A DNA stretch of 64,000 bases from Eledone cirrhosa (Eukaryota), in contig OZ024741.1 of NCBI GenBank assembly GCA_964016885.1, positions 1,302,001 to 1,366,000 of the forward strand, given 5' to 3'. The position numbers were made by a program, and so were the translations under genes. The notes beneath the pieces were generated by a model that was not told where the DNA came from, did no database searches, and worked only from the letters and a program-made list of their open reading frames with translations. Below, in pieces: positions 59,901 through 64,000 of this stretch; position 1 is the stretch's first letter; each line of letters opens with the position of its first letter.

Positions 59901-62900
59901 TAAAGGTAACATCTCCTATCTACAGATAGATTATTAAAGGTAACATCTCCTACCTACAGATAGATTATTAAAGGTAACATCTCCTACCTACAGATAGATT
60001 ATTAAAGGTAACATCTACCTACAGATAGATTATTAAAGACAACATCTCCTACCTACAGATAGATTATTAAAGGTAACATCTACCTACAGATAGATTATTA
60101 AAGGTAACATCTCCTACCTACAGATAGATTATTAAAGGTAACATCTACCTACAGATAGATTATTAAAGACAACATCTCCTACCTACAGATAGATTATTAA
60201 AGGTAACATCTACCTAGAGATAGATTATTAAAGGTAACATCTCCTATCTACAGATAGATTATTAAAAACAACATCTCCTACCTACAGATAGATTATTAAA
60301 TATAACATCTAACTACAGATAGATTATTTAAGGTAACATCTCCTACCTACAAATAGATTATTAAAGGTAACAACTCCTACCTACAGATAGATTAGTAAAG
60401 GTAACATCTCCTACCTACAGATAGATTATTAAAGGTAACATCTACCTACAGATAGATTATTAAAGGTAACATCTACCTACAGATAGATTATTAAAGATAA
60501 CATCTCCTAACTACAGATAGATTATTAAAGGTAACATCTACCTACATATAGATTATTAAAGGTAACAACTACCTACAGAGAGATTATTAAAGGTAACATC
60601 TCCTACCTACAGATAGAATATTAAAGGTAACATCTACCTACAGATAGATTATTAAAGGTAACATCTCCTACCTACTTATAGATTATTAAAGGTAACATCT
60701 CCTACCTACAGATAGATTATTAAAGGTAACATCTCCTACCTACAGATAGATTATTAAAGGTAACATCTCCTACCTACAGATAGACTATTAAAGGTAACAT
60801 CTACCTACAGATAGAATATTAAAGGTAACATCTCCTACCTACAGATAGATTATTAAAGGTAACATCTACCTACAGATAGATTATTAAAGGTAACATCTCC
60901 TACCTACAGATAGATTATTAAAGGTAACATCTCCTACATACAGATAGATTATTAAAGGTAACACCTCCTACCTACAGATAGATTATTAAAGGTAACATCT
61001 ACTACCTACGGATAGATTATTAAAGACAACATCTCCTACCTACAGATAGATTATTAAAGGTAACATCTCCTACCTACAGATAGATTATTAAAGGCAACAT
61101 CTCCTACAGATAGATTATTAAAGACAACATCCCCTACCTACAGATAGATTATTAAAGGTAACATCTCCTACCTACAGATAGATTATTAAAGGTAACATCT
61201 CCTACCTACAGATAGATTATTAAAGGCAACATCTCCTACAGATAGATTATTAAAGACAACATCCCCTACCAACAGATAGATTATTAAAGGTAACATCTCC
61301 TACCTACAGATAGATTATTAAAGGTAACATCTCCTACCTACAGATAGATTATTAAATGTAACATCTACCTACCTACAGATAGATTATAAAAGACAACATC
61401 TCCTACCTACAGATAGATTGTTAAAGGTACCATCTACCTACAGATACATTATTAAAGGTAACATCTCCTACCTACACATAGATTATTAAAGATAACATCT
61501 ACTACCTACAGTTAGATTATTAAAGGTAACATCTATCTACAGATAGATTATTAAAGGTAACATCTCCTACCTACAGATAGATTATTAAAGGTAACATCTA
61601 CCTACAAATAGATTATTAAAGGTAACATCTCCTACCTGCAGATAGATTATTAAAGGTAACATCTCCTACCTACAGATAGATTATTAAAGGTAACATCTCC
61701 TACCTACAGATAGATTATTAAATGTAACATCTATCTACCTACAGATAGATTATAAAAGACAACATCTCCTACCTACAGATAGATTGTTAAAGGTACCATC
61801 TACCTACAGATACATTATTAAATGTAACATCTCCTACCTACACATAGATTATTAAAGATAACATCTACTACCTACAGTTAGATTATTAAAGGTAACATCT
61901 ATCTACAGATAGATTATTAAAGGTAACATCTCCTACCTACAGATAGATTATTAAAGGTAACATCTACCTACAAATAGATTATTAAAGGTAACATCTCCCA
62001 CCTGCAGATAGATTATTAAAGGTAACATCTCCTACCTACAGATAGATTATTAAAGGTAACATCTACCTACAGATAGATTATTAAAGGTAACATCTCCTAC
62101 CTACAGATAGATCATTAAAGGTAACATCTACCTACAGATAGATTATTAAAAGTAACATCTCCTACATACAGATAGATTATTAAAGGTAACATCTACTACC
62201 TACAGATAGATTATTAAAGGTAACATCTCCTACCTACAGATAGATTATTAAAGGTAACATCTCCTACCTACAGATAGATTATTAAAGGTAACATCTCCTA
62301 CCTACAGATAGATTATTAAAGGTAACATCTACCTACAGATAGATTATTAAAGGTAACATCTCCTACCTACAGATAGATTATTAAAGGTAACATCTACCTA
62401 CAGATAGATTATTAAAGGTAACATCTACTACCTACAGATAGATTATTAAAGGTAACATCTCCTACCTACAGATAGATTATTAAAGGTAACATCTCCTACC
62501 TACAGATAGATTATTAAAGGTAACATCTCCTACCTACAGATAGATTATTAAAGGTAACATCTACCTACAGATAGATTATAAAAAACAATATCTCCTACCT
62601 ACAGATAGATTATTAAAGGTAACATCTACCTACAGATAGATAATTAAAGGTAACATCTACCTACAGATAGATTATTAAAGGTAACATCTACCTACAGATA
62701 GATTATTAAAGGTAACATCTACTACCTACAGATAGATTATTAAAGGTAACATCTCCTACCTACAGATAGATTATTAAAGGTAACTTCTACCTACAGATAG
62801 ATTATTAAATGTAACATCTCCTACCTACAGATAGATTATTAAAGGTAACATCTCCTACCTACAGATAGATTATTAAAGGTAACATCTCCTACCTACAGAT

Positions 62901-63730
62901 AGATTATTAAAGGTAACATCTCCTGCCTTACAGATAGATTATTAAAGGTAACATCTACCTACAGATAGATTATTAAAGGTAACATCTACTTACAGATAGA
63001 TTATTAAAGGTAACATCTCCTACCTACAGATAGATTATTAAAGACAACATCTCCTACCTACAGATAGATTATTAAAGGTAACATCTACCTACAGATAGAT
63101 TATTAAAGGTAACATCTCCTAATTACAGATAGATTATTAAAGACAACATCTCCTACCTACAGATAGATTATTAAAGGTAACATCTACCTACAGATAGATG
63201 ATTAAACTTAACATCTCCTAACTACAGATAGATTATTAAAGGTAACATCTAACTACAGATAGATTATTAAAGGTAACATCTCCTACCTACAGATGGATTA
63301 TTAAAGGTAACATCTCCTACCTACAGATAGATTATTAAAGGTAACATCTCCCACCTACAGATAGATTATTAAAGGTAATATCTACCTACAGATAGATTAT
63401 TAAAAGTAACATCTCCTACCTACAGATAGATTATTAAAGGTAACATCTACCTACAGATAGATTATTAAAGGTAACATCTCCTATCTACAGATAGATTATT
63501 AAAGGTAACATCTCCTACCTACAGATAGATTATTAAAGGTAACATCTCCTACCTACAGATAGATTATTAAAGGTAACATCTACCTACAGATAGATTATTA
63601 AAGACAACATCTCCTACCTACAGATAGATTATTAAAGGTAACATCTACCTACAGATAGATTATTAAAGGTAACATCTCCTACCTACAGATAGATTATTAA
63701 AGGTAACATCTACCTACAGATAGATTATTA
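53980..63730. repeat. Non-adjacent block duplication, offset 6906 bp (~54.0-56.8 kb vs ~60.9-63.7 kb)
   Basis: KpnI pairs 54520/61426 and 54886/61792, the 30-bp GGC monomer 54181/61087, and GCCTTA 56019/62925 are all offset by 6906. Confidence 0.85.
56290..59270. repeat. Tandem block duplication, offset 1489 bp
   Basis: Private GTATATTAAAG seen only at 57121 and 58610. GATGATT 56291/57780 and KpnI 56967/58456 share the 1489 offset. Confidence 0.85.
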
Positions 63731-64000
63731 AAGACAACATCTCCTACCTACAGATAGATTATTAAAGGTAACATCTATCTACAGATAGATTATTAAAGGT
63801 AACATCTCCTATCTACAGATAGATTATTAAAAACAACATCTCCTACCTACAGATAGATTATTAAATATAACATCTAACTACAGATAGATTATTTAAGGTA
63901 ACATCTCCTACCTACAAATAGATTATTAAAGGTAACAACTCCTACCTACAGATAGATTAGTAAAGGTAACATCTCCTACCTACAGATAGATTATTAAAGG

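Larger units (their letters stand above)
1..64000. repeat. Tandem satellite/minisatellite array of 31/34-bp monomers (~1,950 copies), running off both window edges
   Basis: Monomer 1-31 = ATTAAAGGTAACATCTACCTACAGATAGATT; monomer 32-65 is a 34-bp form (extra CCT). Every line of the window parses into these monomers or point/short-indel variants (30 bp: ...GACAACATCTCCTGCAGATAGATT; 35 bp: ...CATCTACCTACCTACAG..., ...CTCCTGCCTTACAG...). No inversion or foreign insert seen. Confidence 0.99.
32681..64000. repeat. HOR domain 3: most variant-rich region, full cycle up to ~3.6 kb, heavily rearranged
   Basis: An additional module (CACCTCC, CTACGGATAG, 30-bp GGCAACATCTCCTACAG, CCCCTAC, ATAAAAGAC, GGTACC, CACATAG, CAGTTAG) is present. 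GGTACC (KpnI) occurs at 33174, 34793, 38219, 40931, 42584, 44767, 54520, 54886, 56967, 58456, 61426, 61792 and was not seen left of 33 kb. The cycle GCCTTA 52387 to GCCTTA 56019 spans 3632 bp. Confidence 0.8.

Noticed and set aside
60001-60540. Positions 60001-60540 match positions 1-540 at an offset of exactly 60,000
   Set aside because: The copies differ at lineage-specific sites (TATAAC vs TGTAAC, ATTAGT vs ATTATT, CTAGAG vs CTACAG) and diverge in module order afterwards. This is another HOR copy at a coincidentally round offset, not a pasted duplicate.
1-64000. CRISPR array (repeat length 31-34 bp is in the CRISPR range)
   Set aside because: Monomers abut directly with no unique spacers, and there is no leader or cas gene. 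The variable part is only a 3-4-bp indel or single substitutions.
1-64000. Protein-coding repeat ORF on either strand
   Set aside because: The + strand monomer has TAA (twice) and TAG; the - strand has TAG and TAA. Both 31 and 34 equal 1 mod 3, so the frame rotates each monomer and every frame meets a stop within a few monomers in the standard code. Only a TAA/TAG-reassigned code would open frames, and nothing supports that; 30- and 35-bp monomers also show no frame conservation.
1-64000. Telomerase-synthesised telomeric repeat (- strand contains GTAGGTAGG)
   Set aside because: Variants are propagated in ordered kb-scale blocks, which indicates DNA duplication/recombination rather than templated addition. 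The unit is also longer and more AT-rich than typical telomerase repeats. A subtelomeric location is not excluded.
1-64000. Plasmid/phage iterons, transposon insertion, strand inversion or embedded unique sequence
   Set aside because: I read through the window and found no non-monomer segment, no reverse-orientation monomer (AATCTATCTGTAGG) and no rep or transposase ORF. The scale far exceeds iteron arrays.
1-64000. Assignment to a named satellite family, species or centromere
   Set aside because: I do not recognise the monomer with confidence and see no CENP-B box. A BLASTN/Dfam/Repbase search of the 34-mer and CENP-A data would be needed.

Overview
The whole 64 kb window is one uninterrupted head-to-tail tandem satellite/minisatellite array of roughly 1,950 monomers (64,000 / ~32.8 bp), about 30-32% GC, all in one orientation. 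Two monomer classes dominate: 31 bp (ATTAAAGGTAACATCTACCTACAGATAGATT) and 34 bp (ATTAAAGGTAACATCTCCTACCTACAGATAGATT), differing by a 3-bp CCT indel; rarer 30- and 35-bp forms also occur. I see no genes, RNA genes, transposons, CRISPR spacers or unique sequence. The information lies in the order of variant monomers. It reveals higher-order repeats (HORs): a ~1.41-1.44 kb (43-44-monomer) unit over ~1-25 kb, a ~2.0-2.4 kb unit over ~25-32.7 kb, and a richer cycle of up to ~3.6 kb on the right. The shorter HORs look like nested subsets of the longest one. Many multi-kb block duplications (offsets 983, 1349, 1489, 2189, 2694-2824, 2712, 3018-3052, 4845, 6734, 6906 bp) can be traced by private variants. 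This fits eukaryotic satellite heterochromatin from a long-read assembly, but organism and function cannot be determined from sequence alone. All positions were read by eye and block boundaries are approximate.
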